A stretch of 64,000 nt of DNA from Octopus sinensis (GCF_006345805.1 NC_042999.1:162068001-162132000); one strand, 5' to 3'. Counted from the first letter of the stretch, positions 1-13,199 are shown. Made by a program: numbers and translations. The notes: generated from the letters alone by a model not told the origin.

Positions 1-599
1 CAGGTCAACAACGATTGAGTAGACTCGTGATCTCTGATCATCTAGTCCCTTTAGAGATATCTAGAAGTCATTATCTAATGTGTTATTTTTTTTTTTAAGA
101 TGATACAGAATATATTTTGAAGGAAACTTGAGCACTATACCTAACAGTCAAGTGACCACATAGAGGCTTCCACATCAGCTCAACTACTACAAAAGGATGC
201 TTGATAAACATGAGCAATGATGATAAACATAAGCAGAGACTGAATTCCAGAAAAATTCACTTCTGGAAAGACTAAACAGAGTGTTTAATATGTAGTGTGA
301 GAAAGGGTAAGTCATAGTGGAATGTGATGGGAAGAGGTGAGGAAGAAGTATCAAATATACTTGGGCAGAACTAGTACAGAAATTCAAATGAAGAGACTTG
401 TATCATAGAAGACCTTAATATCTGAAGCATACTTGGCAGCTACAGCATCCCTATTAGTCACAAGTAATGTTAAATATGAACATATTCTAAATACTGAGGG
501 ATTTTAAGTGATTAGATATTAATAACTATTAACTGTAAACACATCCTAAACACTGATTAGCTCTGACTTTGTGATGAGAGATAAATCTTCCTGCCTTAA

Positions 600-1686
600 C
601 CCTTTCATTACTATATTTCTGACCAAAATACACCCCTTATGTGTTTCAATTAATTTCTAACATAATCATAAATTTAGTCTGGTTTCATTAAACAACTATA
701 ACTTTTTTATTTATCAATATATTAAAGTGAATTTTGGAAGATAATTTAATGAAATGTTCTCAACCAATTCTATACTATAATTTTTGTCACAAAGTGACTC
801 TAATTGCAGGTAGATACAGGTAAATTCAACAAAATATAAAATTATTAAAATTTTGTTCAAACATCGCTATAGAAAATGGGTTATTAGCTAATATTCAATT
901 GGGTATACAACAAAATTTTACGATAGAATTTGTTATTCTGGGTAACTTTCTGATACCCATAATAATATTTATGGCAAAATAGTCTTAATTTCATTTAAGG
1001 TTATGGGAAACCACTAAACTATCTTTTCTTTCGTTTTGTTTACATTAAGCGTAACGGTTCGTTTCCACCGTAATGATTTCAAATAGGTTCATTCGAAAAA
1101 GTAAAAAGAAATAGTCTAAGGCTTTACTCTTCTGGGAAAGTCTGTGGCTTGGTCCAGTTTCTTCAGAAAAATCACCGAAAGAAACAGTTTTTAAATTTTC
1201 ACTCCATTCGGGTGCCAATTCATTTTCTTTATCGCTGTCGGAGCTCTCGGATTCACTGTTTTCACTTTCGGAAAATGAAACATCAGATTCATTATCAAAT
1301 ACCACGTGCTTTTTTTTCTCAGTCATAGAGTTAGATTTATGAAGGTCTTCAGTAGAAAATTCTTCGAATTCTGACTCACTGCTTGATATAATGAAATTCG
1401 TATCCATTTTTTGTCAGAATTACAAATTTTGAAAACACAATAGGAACAAATTTCGGAAAAAAATCTCCCAAAGTTCACGGAATTAAAATTACACTTCGAT
1501 TTTTGTACAAAACTGTAGTTGAACTGTTTACGAAATATAATACGTGTTTTCACGAATGTACTAAAGAGATTTGCTCTGATATTCTCATTTAAATATGAAT
1601 AGGTAAATTCGGGAGGCTTTGGGCGGTTTGGTCACATTAACCAAAATTTTTTTCGGGCAGTTTTGGGCGGTTTGGTATCGAAAGGG
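600..1686 (-). mobile_element. Internally deleted piggyBac-like DNA transposon with N-terminal transposase fragment (ORF 1045-1407)
   Basis: TTAA at 596-599 and 1687-1690, CCCTTTC termini. ORF has an acidic N-terminus followed by W...GP...ALDYF.L.F...L...ETNRYA, typical of piggyBac transposases. Confidence 0.75.
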
Positions 1687-2579
1687 TTAAGCAACTTTCC
1701 CAGATAATTAGGTACCTCTGCCACTCTTGATGTTTCTGTGGTCTGAGATATGTAGAACTATAATGTACTGTGCAAGTAAACAACACTTACTGTGGATTTT
1801 AACACAAGACCTATAAGCTTGTAGTCAAGTATGATATCCACTCAACCAGTTTGCTCCTACTATTAGTTGGATAACTATTAATGAGTCTCAAAAATATCCC
1901 TCTCAGACATTATACTCTAGAAACTGTTTGTATATTTATTTCAACTTGCAAACTTTCTATCTCTATAACAATTTATCCGCTCTACAGAAACATGTATGTG
2001 TCCCATTCTCAAGAACGACAATCTCCTCTCTTACGCAACTAACTGCCTTTTACCATTTTCACATCAAACAATTCAAAGATGAAAGAAACAGTTGTAAACA
2101 ATAACTTTATTCAACACTTTGAGTTTTCCTCCTTCTCAGTGACCATCACATGGTTTCAGTAAGACCGCCAGAATATTTTCTCTCCGACACTAATAAGCTC
2201 TTGTTCTCATTAACTTCAATTAGGGCATTCCAACAGATTGTAAGAACAAACTAATTGAGTGGGTATAGTATTTAATTTCCAGTTTATAGCTTTTGAGTCA
2301 CATTTGACATCATTTAACATTAGTATCTAGCATAAAAATCTCAACTAATTTACTTAGGTTCTATCCAGCTCTTGAAATAGCTAACAGGTCTCCATCAAAT
2401 CTCAGCTAAGGACACATTAAATAATGTTGTCTAGGTACACTATGTACAGAAAATAAACTGTCAGTCATGAGTGGAATTCTTTTAACCATAGGTTCGCTTG
2501 ATCGGGATTGGTCTAAGGCTAAGTAACAACAGCAACACTGAGTTTGATGAAATTTTATGATCTGTTATAGAATACTCAC

Positions 2580-2737
2580 CAGCTGGCATTATTTCATCAG
2601 ACCCAACAACAAGGACATCATTATGACCTTCAAAAGCTACAACAAAACGGCCATCTTCTTCAATTCCTTCAATCTTTACGTTGCACCACAAGCCATCAGT
2701 GTAACGTGCCAGACATTTGCCACCTATCTGCAAAGAA
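2580..2737 (-). CDS. ZGPAT: ZGPAT coding exon 7, Tudor/SH3-like domain (SSLQIGGKCLARYTDGLWCNVKIEGIEEDGRFVVAF...EIMPA)
   Basis: CAATAG| acceptor (phase 2), G|GTGAGT donor. SSLQ.G..CLA...DGLW motif; the gene continues left of the window. Confidence 0.9.
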
Positions 2738-3540
2738 CTATTGATAAGAAATATTATATATACACATCTAAGAGTCATTTGCTTATAAACACTAAAATAT
2801 CATCATACTTTCTATACAAATCTACATATATATAAATATGATAATACATACATATACAATATATATATAATATATATGAAGAGAGAGAAGAGTGGGTTTA
2901 ACTAACTATTTAACACTAGCGAAAACTGTAGAGTTTCCAGTGTTTGCATCAGTGAAAAAGGAAAACAGAAAAGTGGGGAGATGCAAGAAGAAATTGTGAA
3001 CTGTGTTAGTTGAGGATGTAAAAGTGAAAGATAGGGGAGAGAAAAATGCGTGTGTGTGCATACACACGCGCACAAAATTTATTTAATGCCCATCTTCGAT
3101 GCTGGTGCCTGTAGGATGCTTCAACTGGATCTGACAGGCCAGAAGACTGTATCATGCTCCAATGTCTGCTTCAACATGTTTTCTATGGCTGAATATACCT
3201 TCCTAATGCCAGCACTCTACAGAGTGTGCTAGGTACTTTAGGAGTTGTCATCAAGTGGTAGTGGAGAGAGTAACACTAAACGTAGGGAAAGAATTAGTGT
3301 CAGAGGTTAGTGAGAAAAGATAATAGGGTGGGTTGTATAGGAATAATCTAGGGTTACCCTACATTATAAAGATGGAAGGTGAAAGGGAAAGGTGACAAGA
3401 GAAGAGAAACAGACTAAAGGGGTGAGAAATCCTGAGAGTCACTGAAGAAGGGTATGGGTGCTCACAGAGCAGGAGGAAAGATGAGAGGGAGGGTGGGGAA
3501 GCAGTGGGTGAGTACAGAGCAATCAAATCTGGGAAGAGGG

Positions 3541-3682
3541 TATTTTCAAGTTAAAGGAAAGATGGAGATGCATTGTGCAACAAAATGGTTCATATTTGGT
3601 TGATTAAAAATGTAATGACAAGTATTTATTGACCTTTTTCTTTCCTTAAAAAATCGGCACAAACTTTCCGGACAACCCAATA
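3541..3682 (+). mobile_element. Mariner 3' terminal fragment
   Basis: Encodes KLKERWRCIVQQNGSY-like transposase C-terminus and ends in a mariner-type TIR (..AAACTTTCCGGACAACCCAATA). Confidence 0.55.
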
Positions 3683-3929
3683 GATATTTACACACATCAA
3701 CACCTACACATACAATACATATTCATACATATATGTATATACACACACTCATATATACATGTATCTGTATGTATTATCGCCCCTGCACACGCAGGTATAT
3801 ATACCCGGCATACATACATACACATACATACACCCCACACACACACATATACATACATACGCATATACATACAAATACAATTAAATGATTATGATATTCA
3901 AGTATGAAAGAGGAATTAGATAGGGATTA

Positions 3930-5190
3930 GGAGTTAAAATGTAGATTTATAAGGTTATTGGGATTACCTAAGCGGGATTGTGGTAAAATACTGTATGGTC
4001 ATTTAGGCATTTGGATTTGTGGTAGAATTTGAATGTGTGAAAAAAGCTGTGGTTGCATGTGCTTAATTTAGCTAAGTTCTTAACGTTAAGTGTGTACCAT
4101 AGAATAGAGCATCCGCTGCTTTTTTAAGGGTGTCTGGGAGTAGTGCTATCTATGTTTTTAGATAAAGGGGTGCTATCCATATTTTTGGAGAATGGAGGTG
4201 GGTGGCAAGGCCTGTTGTTTTAGTTTTTGACCTAGTGTTGAATGTATGTGTGTAGGATCTAGTTTGCCTAGGTGTAAGACCTTCCAGGGTTCTATCAACG
4301 AGTGTGTGTGGTTGGTTGTGATTGTGATGGTCAGTGTGTCTTTGAGATGTAATTTGAGATATATATTGTGTGAGCCTGGTGTTATGGATGTATTCAACTT
4401 GTTGGGAAAAGCCACTAGTGGCGTGTGCTTGATTGTAATATGGTGCGTGATTATTGAAAATTTCCTCAGTGGAAGAGAGGTCGGATATGCGGGTTGAGAT
4501 GCCCTTGATTATGTTATCGAAAGTGGATTTGTGGTGACTGGAGTGGATGTTAAGGTATTTAAGATATTGGTTAAGTTTGCATTAAGGGGAGTATTGGGAG
4601 GTTGATAAGTTTAGAGTTACATCTAGAAAGTTAGAAGTTTTGTGAGCATTTTTGAATGTGATAGACAGGTTTAGGTTAGAGAAGAATTTATGTAGATCCT
4701 TTCTAGTTCTTTCCAAGGAGGATTTATTTATGCTTTTGGTAAGTAACAAGGCATCATCCCTGTAGCAGCCTCCTTGATGTTAGGGAAATGTATATGGAGC
4801 TGGTGGAGTATATATAGTCCAACCAGGTCAGTGACCTGGGCGGAATCAGATGATCCCATAGTTACGTCAAATAGGTTGCTATGGTTATTGTCATGGTGAT
4901 TGGCCCGGTAACTGAGTTTGTTCTCAAAAGAAATAAGGGTTTTGCGGGAATTAAGTATTATGTTAATTTCTAGTGGGGTTAGGTTAGTAAGGTCCCTAGC
5001 TAGAAGAAGAGCTTGATTTAGAAGTTTAAGAGAAATGGAAGAGTAGTAATTATTTGTCAAATTGGAGGAAGGAATATGAGTTTTTTATTTTTAGAAGATA
5101 GAACCACATAATAACTTCACCAGTGTGGGACCATAGGTTAACATTTAATTTGACCTTGACGATTGGTATTATTTTGTCTAAAATGTTTAT
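3930..5190 (-). mobile_element. Decayed Penelope-like element, RT fragment
   Basis: ORF 4728-5060 contains FDVTMGSSDSAQVTDLVGLYIL, a PLE RT motif; continues with frameshifts. Confidence 0.7.
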
Positions 5191-5214
5191 ATATATACAT
5201 AGGCACATAAAAAG

Positions 5215-5580
5215 CACCATTCGAGCATGATTGTTACCAGCATTGCCTTACTGGCACTTGTGCCGGTGGGACGTGAAAAAACATTCGAGCAAGGTTGTTG
5301 TCAGTGCCACTGGACTGGCTTCCTATGCAGGTGACACATAAAAAACACCATTTGAGCATGGCCATTGCCAGTACCGCCTGACTGACCCTCGTACTGGTGG
5401 CACATAAAAGCACCCACTACACTCTCGCAGTGGTTGGCATTAGGAAGGGCATCCAGCTGTAGAAACTCTGCCAGATCAGATTGGAGCCCAGTGCAGCCAT
5501 CTGGTTCACCAGTCCTCAGACAAATCGTCCAACCCATGCTAGCATGGAAAGCGGATATTAAATAATGATAATGAGGATGA
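5215..5580 (+). mobile_element. RTE LINE 3' tail copy
   Basis: Similar to 19250-19560 (GCATTAGGAAGGGCATCCAGCTGTAGAAAC...CCAACCCATGCTAGCATGG) with a GAT-like tail. Confidence 0.7.
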
Positions 5581-5604
5581 TATATATATATATTCCTATT
5601 GTAT

Positions 5605-5792
5605 ATGTTTCAGTCATTTGACTGCGGCCATGCTGGAGCACCACATTTTGTCAAACAAATCAACCCCAGGACTGATTCTTACTATGCCTAGTACTTACTC
5701 TATCAGTCTTTTTTGCCGAACCACTAAGTTACAGGAATGTAGACACACCAACATCGGTTGTCAAGCCATGGTGGGGGGACAAACACACACAC

Positions 5793-5823
<31 letters not shown>

Positions 5824-6150
5824 CAACAGGCTTCTTTCAGTTTCCGTCTACTAAATCCACTCACAAGGCTTTGGTCAGCCCAAGGCTGTAGTAGAAGGCA
5901 CTTGCCCAAGGTGCCATGCAGTGGGACTGAACCTGGAACCATGTCGTTGGTAAGCAAGCTATTTACCACACAGCCACTCCAATATATATATGATGGGTTT
6001 CTTTCAGTTTTTGACTACCAAATTCACTCACAAAGTCTTGGTCAGCTCAGGGCTTCAGTAGAAGACACTCGCCCAAGGTATCAAACAGTAGGACTGAACC
6101 CAGAACCATGTGGTTGGAAAGAAAGCTTCTTACCACAAAGCCATGCCTGT
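5605..6150 (-). mobile_element. tRNA-derived SINE family A, one full copy plus a partial head
   Basis: Reverse complement of the AGGAGTGGCTGTGTGGTAAG...GGCCGCAGTCAAATGACTGAAAC consensus repeated across the window. Confidence 0.8.
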
Positions 6151-6877
6151 GCCTATAAAAAATTGTGCATAATTATACATACAAAAAATGTGTTGAATAC
6201 ATGAAACTCCACAATCACGTGAACATATCCAAAATATACACACAGGAATATGCGCATAAGGGTATTTTATATGTGTATACACATATGTCTATATACATGT
6301 GTGGCTGCATGTGTCTATCGACATGAATGTGTGTGTTGTGTGCATGCAGATATGTGTGGATGTACAAAAAACCATGTAATTCACAGACTGAAACAAAAAA
6401 CATTTATGCTAATCCATGAAAATACACACAAAATACACACAAGCTAATAATATATGAAATATATATGAGATAATATATGAAAAAATGCAAAATTTTCATA
6501 CCAAAACTTGTAAAAAACATTTGGCAACCAGACACACATACATGTAAATATAAACTATTAAGTGTACAAATTTCGAAATTTTTAAATTGCAAAATTTTGT
6601 GCAGTTTAAATATTGATGTACATGTGTGTATGCAAAAACATTGGTATTTCAATTTTTCTAAAAGTCGAATCCAAGGGAGATAATCACATCCCCCTTGATA
6701 TCTCGTGTTCATTTACCAAAATTTTTGTCTGATTTTATCATGACTTTTCATGTTTTAATCCAAAATGGAAACAAACACCAATTTCAATGTGATGGGCTTG
6801 AATAACTGTTAGGTATTTCTTAACATGCAATTAATGGTAGCCTTAATACACAGATAAAGTTGTGTGTATATACATAT

Positions 6878-7680
6878 CATCATCATCATCATCATCATTT
6901 AGCGTCCGTTTTCCATGCTAGCATGGGTTGGACGGTTCAACTGGGGTCTGGGGAGCCCGAAGGCTGCACCAGGCCAGTCAGATCTGGCAGTGTTTCTACA
7001 GCTGGATGCCCTTCCTAACGCCAACCACTCCGAGAGTGTAGTGGGTGATTTTATGTGCCACCGACACAGGTGCCAGACGAGGCTGGCGAACGGCTACGCT
7101 CGGATGGTGTTTTTATGTGCCACCGACACAGGTGCCAGACGAGGCTGGCAGACGGCCACGCTCGGATGGTGTTTTTATGTGCCACCGACACAGGTGCCAG
7201 ATGGGGCTGGCGGACGGCCACGATCGGATGGTGTTTGTTACGTCCCCAAAGCACGGAGGCCAGTCTATGCGGTACTGGCTACGGCCACGTTCGGATGATT
7301 TTCTTTTGTGCCACCGGCACTGGTACCACAAAGATACAAATTCCATTGATGTTCATCTATTTTGATTTGTTTTGATTTGATTTGATTTTCACTTGCCTCA
7401 ACAGGTCTTCACAAGTGTCACAAGAAGGAAGGTATGCACAGGTGGACTGACTACGTCCCAGGTAGGGGCCACGGGTTATGGCCTGACTAGTCTTGCCGGG
7501 TCTTCGGATGGTGTTTTTATGTGCCACCGACACAGTTGCCAGATGAGGCTGGCGAACGGCCACGATCGGATGGTGTTTGTTGCGTGCCCACAGCACGGAA
7601 GCCAGTCGACGCGGTACTGGCTACGGCCACGTTCGGATGGTTTTCTTGTGTGCCACCGGCACTGGTACCACAAAGATATA
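6878..7680 (-). mobile_element. RTE LINE 3' tail (inverted) with 62-bp tandem units, plus a partial second copy
   Basis: Reverse complement of 19005-19560, starting with (CAT)n; 62-bp units recur at 7101, 7163 and 7225. Confidence 0.85.
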
Positions 7681-7935
7681 CATATGTATGTATATATGTG
7701 TATATATATATGTGTGTGTATATATGTGTATATATATATATGTGTGTGTGTATATGTGTATATATATATGTGTGTGTGTATATATATATATATGTGTGTG
7801 TGTATATATATATATATATGTGTGTGTGTATATATATATATATATGTGTGTGTATATATATATATATATGTGTGTATATATATATATATATGTGTGTATA
7901 TATATATATATATGTGTGTATATATATATATATAC

Positions 7936-7981
<46 letters not shown>
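7680..7981. repeat. Compound (TA)n/(TG)n microsatellite
   Basis: Directly visible. Confidence 0.95.
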
Positions 7982-7982
<1 letters not shown>

Positions 7983-8329
7983 ACCTTTCTGTCCCCTCCC
8001 TTTCTCAGCCTTCATTCTTTCTGGCTTCCTTTTCTTCTACCTTACTGTCTCTCCCTCTCTCTCATTCTTCATTCTTTCTGGTTTCCTCACAACCATTCCC
8101 TTTTTTTCTCTCCCTTTCTCTTGCTCCTCCTCCTCCCTCCCGTCGTTGACCCACGACGAGAGTTCTGCTACTGCCTTTCTGGCCTGGCGTCCCTCAAGTG
8201 AAGACGGCATTTTCTGTTGCTCCTTCGCCGTCCACAGAAATAGCGTTCGTAATACTTTTTTTCGTTCGGCTTAACAGCCCTTCTTGTCTTGTTATTTTCC
8301 TTGCCCTGTCTTTTACTGCTTATATTTTG

Positions 8330-8720
8330 TACTGTCATTACTGTCTTGTTTTTGTTACCATTTTTACCCCTCTGCAAAAAGATCTTAAATTTTATTTGAT
8401 TTGCTTTTCGCAGGAAGGAAAGTTTCTATCGAAGATACGTCTCGCCTTCACCTTCAAAACGTAGAGTAGATGAAACCATGGCGACTGAAGAAGGGGTTTT
8501 TTCCTTGTGTTATTTGTCCTGTACTCAATATTTTTTTGTTGTTTAAGAAAAATGTCCAGTTCCTTGGTTTTGTGTTTATGTTTTCGTTTCTCATTGTGTT
8601 CGACGTTTTTTTTGGTGTCCTGTACCTATATATGCGTGTATATATACATGTAGAGGTAGGTACGTACATATATGTATGTATATATGCATGTTTTATCTAT
8701 TAATTTATTATATGGCGGAA
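8330..8720 (+). repeat. Unclassified interspersed repeat, homologous (inverted) to 59400-59790 and 61590-61980
   Basis: Shared blocks CACCTTCAAAAC, CTGANGAAGGGG..TTCCTTGTGT, GGTGTCCTGTAC and GTAGGTACGTACATATATG. Confidence 0.7.
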
Positions 8721-9614
8721 CGCACGTACCCATTTCTAAGTAAGATTGTTCCATATATATATATATATATATATATAGTGAACGTTGCAGCCATGAAGTG
8801 GAGTTGATCCACCATAACCAAATTTCAAGTAACAATTCAACAGAACTTTTCTCACGGTGGAACAATGGTTTTTCTGTGACAGTTTACATTTGCCAGATGC
8901 CTTTAGCTAGGCTGAAATAATGTTTTCACCACTTGACCCTTCTAACCTCTTCTATTCCACCAAAAGTTAGAATTAAGATAACAAGTACCACCAACGAAAT
9001 CTATTGTTCTCAACGATATGTTTATCCTTCTGGATAGTTATAAACAAGAACCCCCAAGCAAAAATCAGTTGGTCACTTGGTCACAACTCAGACAGTTAGT
9101 GAGAACTGACTGGCTGAACAAATGTCGTCTCTAAAGAAAAGGACACAAAGAGAACAACTACGGTACCATACCAAAGGAGCATTTGTTTCGTCCCACACTC
9201 ACTCACTTTCACAAACTCACTGTCTTTCCTCAGCACATTACCATATCTCTCTATGGTTTACTACTACAATAAGAACAGACAGGCCAAAATTCACTTTTTT
9301 GTTTTCAAGGAAAATATTTATTTTTACCGCTACATTGTATATACCTTGCCTTGACAAGCAGGTGATAAAATCCTAGAGCATGTGAAGTAAAAAACTTAAT
9401 AACTATTTCAATACACATGTTCTTTCTGACCCTTATATTATGGTCGCTATTGTATATACACACCTACATACACACTTACACACAGTGACAGGGGAGATAA
9501 CTGCCCTACGAGCGAAGCTAGGAGCACTGGACCAGACTAATTTAGACTAATTTTGTCAGTAGTACCTACTCCATCACTTTGATGGCTTGGCTAACTTGAT
9601 CTGTCAGTGCATAT

Positions 9615-9990
9615 TTTTACCTCCGCCAAGGAAGGAGGTTATGTTTTCATCGGCGTTGGCTTATCTGTCTGTGTGCAAAATAACTCAAAAAGTTGTGAAC
9701 GGTATTTGATGAAACTTGCAAGAAAAGTTGGTAATCAGACAAGGAATAGACGATGAAATTTTGTTAGAGGTCCGGGAATTTTTATGGATTCTTGAAGGAT
9801 TTTTCATTTTTTATATTTACTTTACATGAAGTATTGTTACATTCTTTGATTATCTCCCTTGAAAACACGTTCATTGTTTCCACATAACCTATGGTGGTGT
9901 TGCTGTTTCCAAAGTTTATTTTCGTTTCTCTATTACTAATTTTACTCGTGTATCTATCTTAAAATGAGCTGCTTGGCGGAGGTCTGCAGA
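9615..9990 (+). mobile_element. Non-autonomous Helentron/HINE-like element
   Basis: TTACCTCCGCCAAGGAAGGAGGTTATG at the start and inverted CTTGGCGGAGGT at the end; a second shorter copy lies at about 10425-10553. Confidence 0.6.
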
Positions 9991-10680
9991 GGATGGCATG
10001 ACAAGCCTTGACTATTGGGATTGACTCAAAAATCTCAGGCTTTGCTTCCTCCACTGCCTCTGTGATCTCTATATCATCTGTATGATGTGGAAAATATTCC
10101 ATCAACATTGCCCATCTTTAAAATTCATCCGAGGCTTGGCCCCCATGCCACCCGTCCACTACAGAAATGTTCTTGTCGTATCACAACACTATGACAGAAG
10201 TATTCACCTCAATTGGCCCTGCTCTCTTCAGCATCATGCCAGACACACATAAAGGAGGAAAGTGATTTCATGGCATTCGAACGATCCCTAGATGATTACC
10301 CCCATCAAATACCAGACAAACCACCCATACCTAGATATCTCTCTGAAAACAATAACCCTCTGCTTGAATGGGCTACAGTTAAAGTTTTTTTTCTTTAAAT
10401 CATATGGCTGTGTTATTTTTTCTTTAACCCCGCCAAGGAGGTTATGTTTTTGCTGGTGTTGGTTTGGGAAATTGGGCGATTTTCAGCATGCATGTATATG
10501 GGTGGAAATGAGTTGCTTGGTGGAGGTCTGCACTCTCCAAGTGCTTTTCTAGTTACCATATAAATTTATGGCTGATTTAACGAAATTCTCATGTGCGTAC
10601 TAAAAGTTAATATAAACAGAAAAATTCAATCATCACTAATTGTGACTGAGGGTAATGAATAGCCCTTATATTGCAAGAAA

Positions 10681-10990
10681 TCTTTATATATAAAACTGAA
10701 GTTGTGTGAGAGTCTGTCTCCTCCGATTTAGATTCCTAACTACTCCCACATTTTGCGGTGCAGTTTAACCAAAAGCAGGTATCTTATAGTCGTGATTCAT
10801 ATCGAGCCCTTCTGGATATTAGCGCACATCTACAATGAGTCTACGATTTAAAAAAAATTTACCATAATTGTCTTCGTTTTTTTAATGCATTTTTTGCTCG
10901 GTTTATATAAGGGAAGTAACTCTCTAAAAATGCTTATACAGTTATTTCCCTTACAAACCCGAGCAACGCTGGGCGATACTGCCAGTAAGA
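10681..10990 (+). mobile_element. Non-autonomous Helitron-like element
   Basis: 5' TCTTTATATATAAA, 3' CCCGAGCAACGCTGGG hairpin and C(C)AGT end; near-identical to 37035-37442. Confidence 0.7.
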
Positions 10991-11014
10991 GATAAAACCC
11001 TTATAAACACATAC

Positions 11015-11077
11015 CTGTAATCTGGTTCATGATAAGGCCTTATGTCATCTAAATTTGCTACATAACCATGGGAGAAA
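11015..11077 (-). CDS. ZGPAT: ZGPAT coding exon 6 (FSHGYVANLDDIRPYHEPDY)
   Basis: TTTTTTCAG| acceptor, CAG|GTATGT donor, phases 2/2. Completes the CCCH finger; similar to FSHG.VV.LDELRP..EPD. Confidence 0.92.
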
Positions 11078-11229
11078 CTGAAAAAATAAAATTCAAAAGA
11101 ATAACATTGTATATTGTATATATAAATGTAGATGCACGAGTACACAAAGACACAACTATATACACATAAGTTAGGAGGCACAAGCACTCACACACATGTA
11201 TATTTATTCACCTAAGCACAAAATACATA

Positions 11230-12483
11230 CAGGGGTTGGACAAAATGATGGAAACACCTTAAAATTTCAAACAAATTTATTTGAATATGGGGAAGGACAG
11301 CCTTTGGCAGTAATTACAGCTATGAGGTATGGACTCGTACAAAGTTTGAATTGTTTCCAAAGGAATTTTTGTCCATTCTTCAGCTAAAACAGTCTCCAGT
11401 TCTTGTAGTGATGATGGTGGAGGATATCGACCCCTTACTTGTTTTTCTAAAATATGCCATAAATGTTTAATAATATTGAGATCTGGGGACTGTGATGGCC
11501 AGATAAAATGTTCAACTTCACAAGAATGTTCCTCATGCCATTCGGTAACAACTTTAGCTGTGTAAATTGGGGCATTATCATCCTGAAAGATTGCATTTCC
11601 CTCCAGAAACAGTTCCTCAACTATAGGATGAATTTGATCAGATAAAATGCTTAAATAGTCTTGTCTATTAATTCTGCCATGAAGGGAAACCACTGAACCA
11701 GCAGATTTCCAAGATATAGCCCCTAAGATCATCACAATTGTTTAACAATTGGAAGAAGGCAGCCTGGGTCAAATGCTTCTTTTGGCTGATTCCACACGTA
11801 TACTTGGCTGGTGGTCAAAAATACGGTAAAGGATGACTCGTCCAAGAAAATAACATTTTCCCACTGCTCAAGGGACCAATTCTGTAGGTTTTTACTCCAC
11901 TCTAAATGCTTTGCAATGTTTGTTTTTGAAAGTAGTAGTTTTCTGATTGCAGCCCTCCCATGAAATCCAGCTTTGTGCAGCTCCTGGCAAACAGTTTTTG
12001 TGGAAACTGGGTTCTCAAGGTGGTCATTAAGCTCTGCAGTAATTTTGGGAGCTGTACTTTTGTGATCCTTTCTAACAATTCGGGCAAGAGTCCAACAGTC
12101 CCTATCTGAAAGTTTTGGTTTTCTTCCGGAGTTTTGTTTCAACAAGGAGGTTTTTCCCCCTCTTTCAAAGGCTGTCATTACTTTAGAGATAGTACTTCTT
12201 GATACACCAAATATCTTGGCTGTTTTCATTATGCTAGCGACTGCTTTACGAGAACCAACAATTTGACCTCTTTGAAAGTCCGATAGATCTGTCATTTTAA
12301 TGAATTTAATTACCTTTTTCTGGTAATATCTGAAAAGAAACAGCAATTTTAGTAAAATATATTAAGCAACACTAATAATAAATCAAAAAACATAAAAATA
12401 AACAAGCTTTTGACGGTTTTATAAATATTTCAAAATTATGATGCTATGATGCTAGGTGTTTCCATTATTTTGTCCAACCCCTG
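11230..12483 (-). mobile_element. Full-length Tc1-like transposon, DD36E spacing, disrupted transposase (12295 to about 11277)
   Basis: About 30-bp TIRs CAGGGGTTGGACAAAAT(G/A)ATGGAAACACCT with TA TSDs. Motifs VIFLDES, FQDDNAP and SPDLNII(K for E); frameshift near 11735. Confidence 0.92.
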
Positions 12484-12754
12484 TATATCTTCTATTTTTC
12501 ACTTGTTTCAGTCATTTGATTGACGATGTTAGGGTACCACCTTGAAGGGTTTAGTTGAATAAATTGACCTCAGTACTTAATTTTTCAAGTATGGCGCTTA
12601 TTGTATGAGTCTTTTTCACCAAACTACTAACTTGTGGGAACATGAACAAACAAATACCAATTATCAAGAAATGGGGGAACACACACACACAGACACACAT
12701 ATATATATAACAAGCTTCCACACAGGTTTCATCTATTACAGTGACTGACTGACC

Positions 12755-12960
12755 AACCAACCGACTAACCAGCCAACTAACCAACCAGCCAACCAACCAA
12801 CTAACTAACCAATCAACTAACCAACCGATTAACCAAGTAACTAACCAACCAGCCAACCATCCATCCATGCATACATACATACATACATACATACATACAT
12901 ACATACATACATACATACATACATACATGCATACATACATACAAACATACATAAATACAT
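12755..12960. repeat. (ACCA/ACTA)n and (ACAT)n tetranucleotide microsatellites
   Basis: Directly visible. Confidence 0.9.
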
Positions 12961-13199
12961 ACACACTTACATGATGATGATGGCCATCCACTCATGGCCA
13001 AGGAAAACCATTACTGATCTTTAGGAACACTGTGCACTCAAGACTACCTTATACTTTACATTTGTGGTTCCGTTGGTGACTAACGAGCCCTGCTCTTCAC
13101 AAACACACACAACTACAAACACTGCAAAACAAGCTTTCCCCATTCATTACACTAGCAGTATGTTTTTGAACAGCACACTTAAATTCTTCATGAAGAATA

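Noticed and set aside
1045-1407. Acidic minus-strand ORF as a possible next ZGPAT exon
   Set aside because: It lies inside TTAA-bounded piggyBac ends and resembles a transposase N-terminus; I found no fitting splice sites.
7393-8149. Long ORFs rich in YI/CV/HT repeats (also 12551, 52443, 59287 and others)
   Set aside because: They are translations of (TA)n/(TG)n/(ACAT)n microsatellites, not genes.
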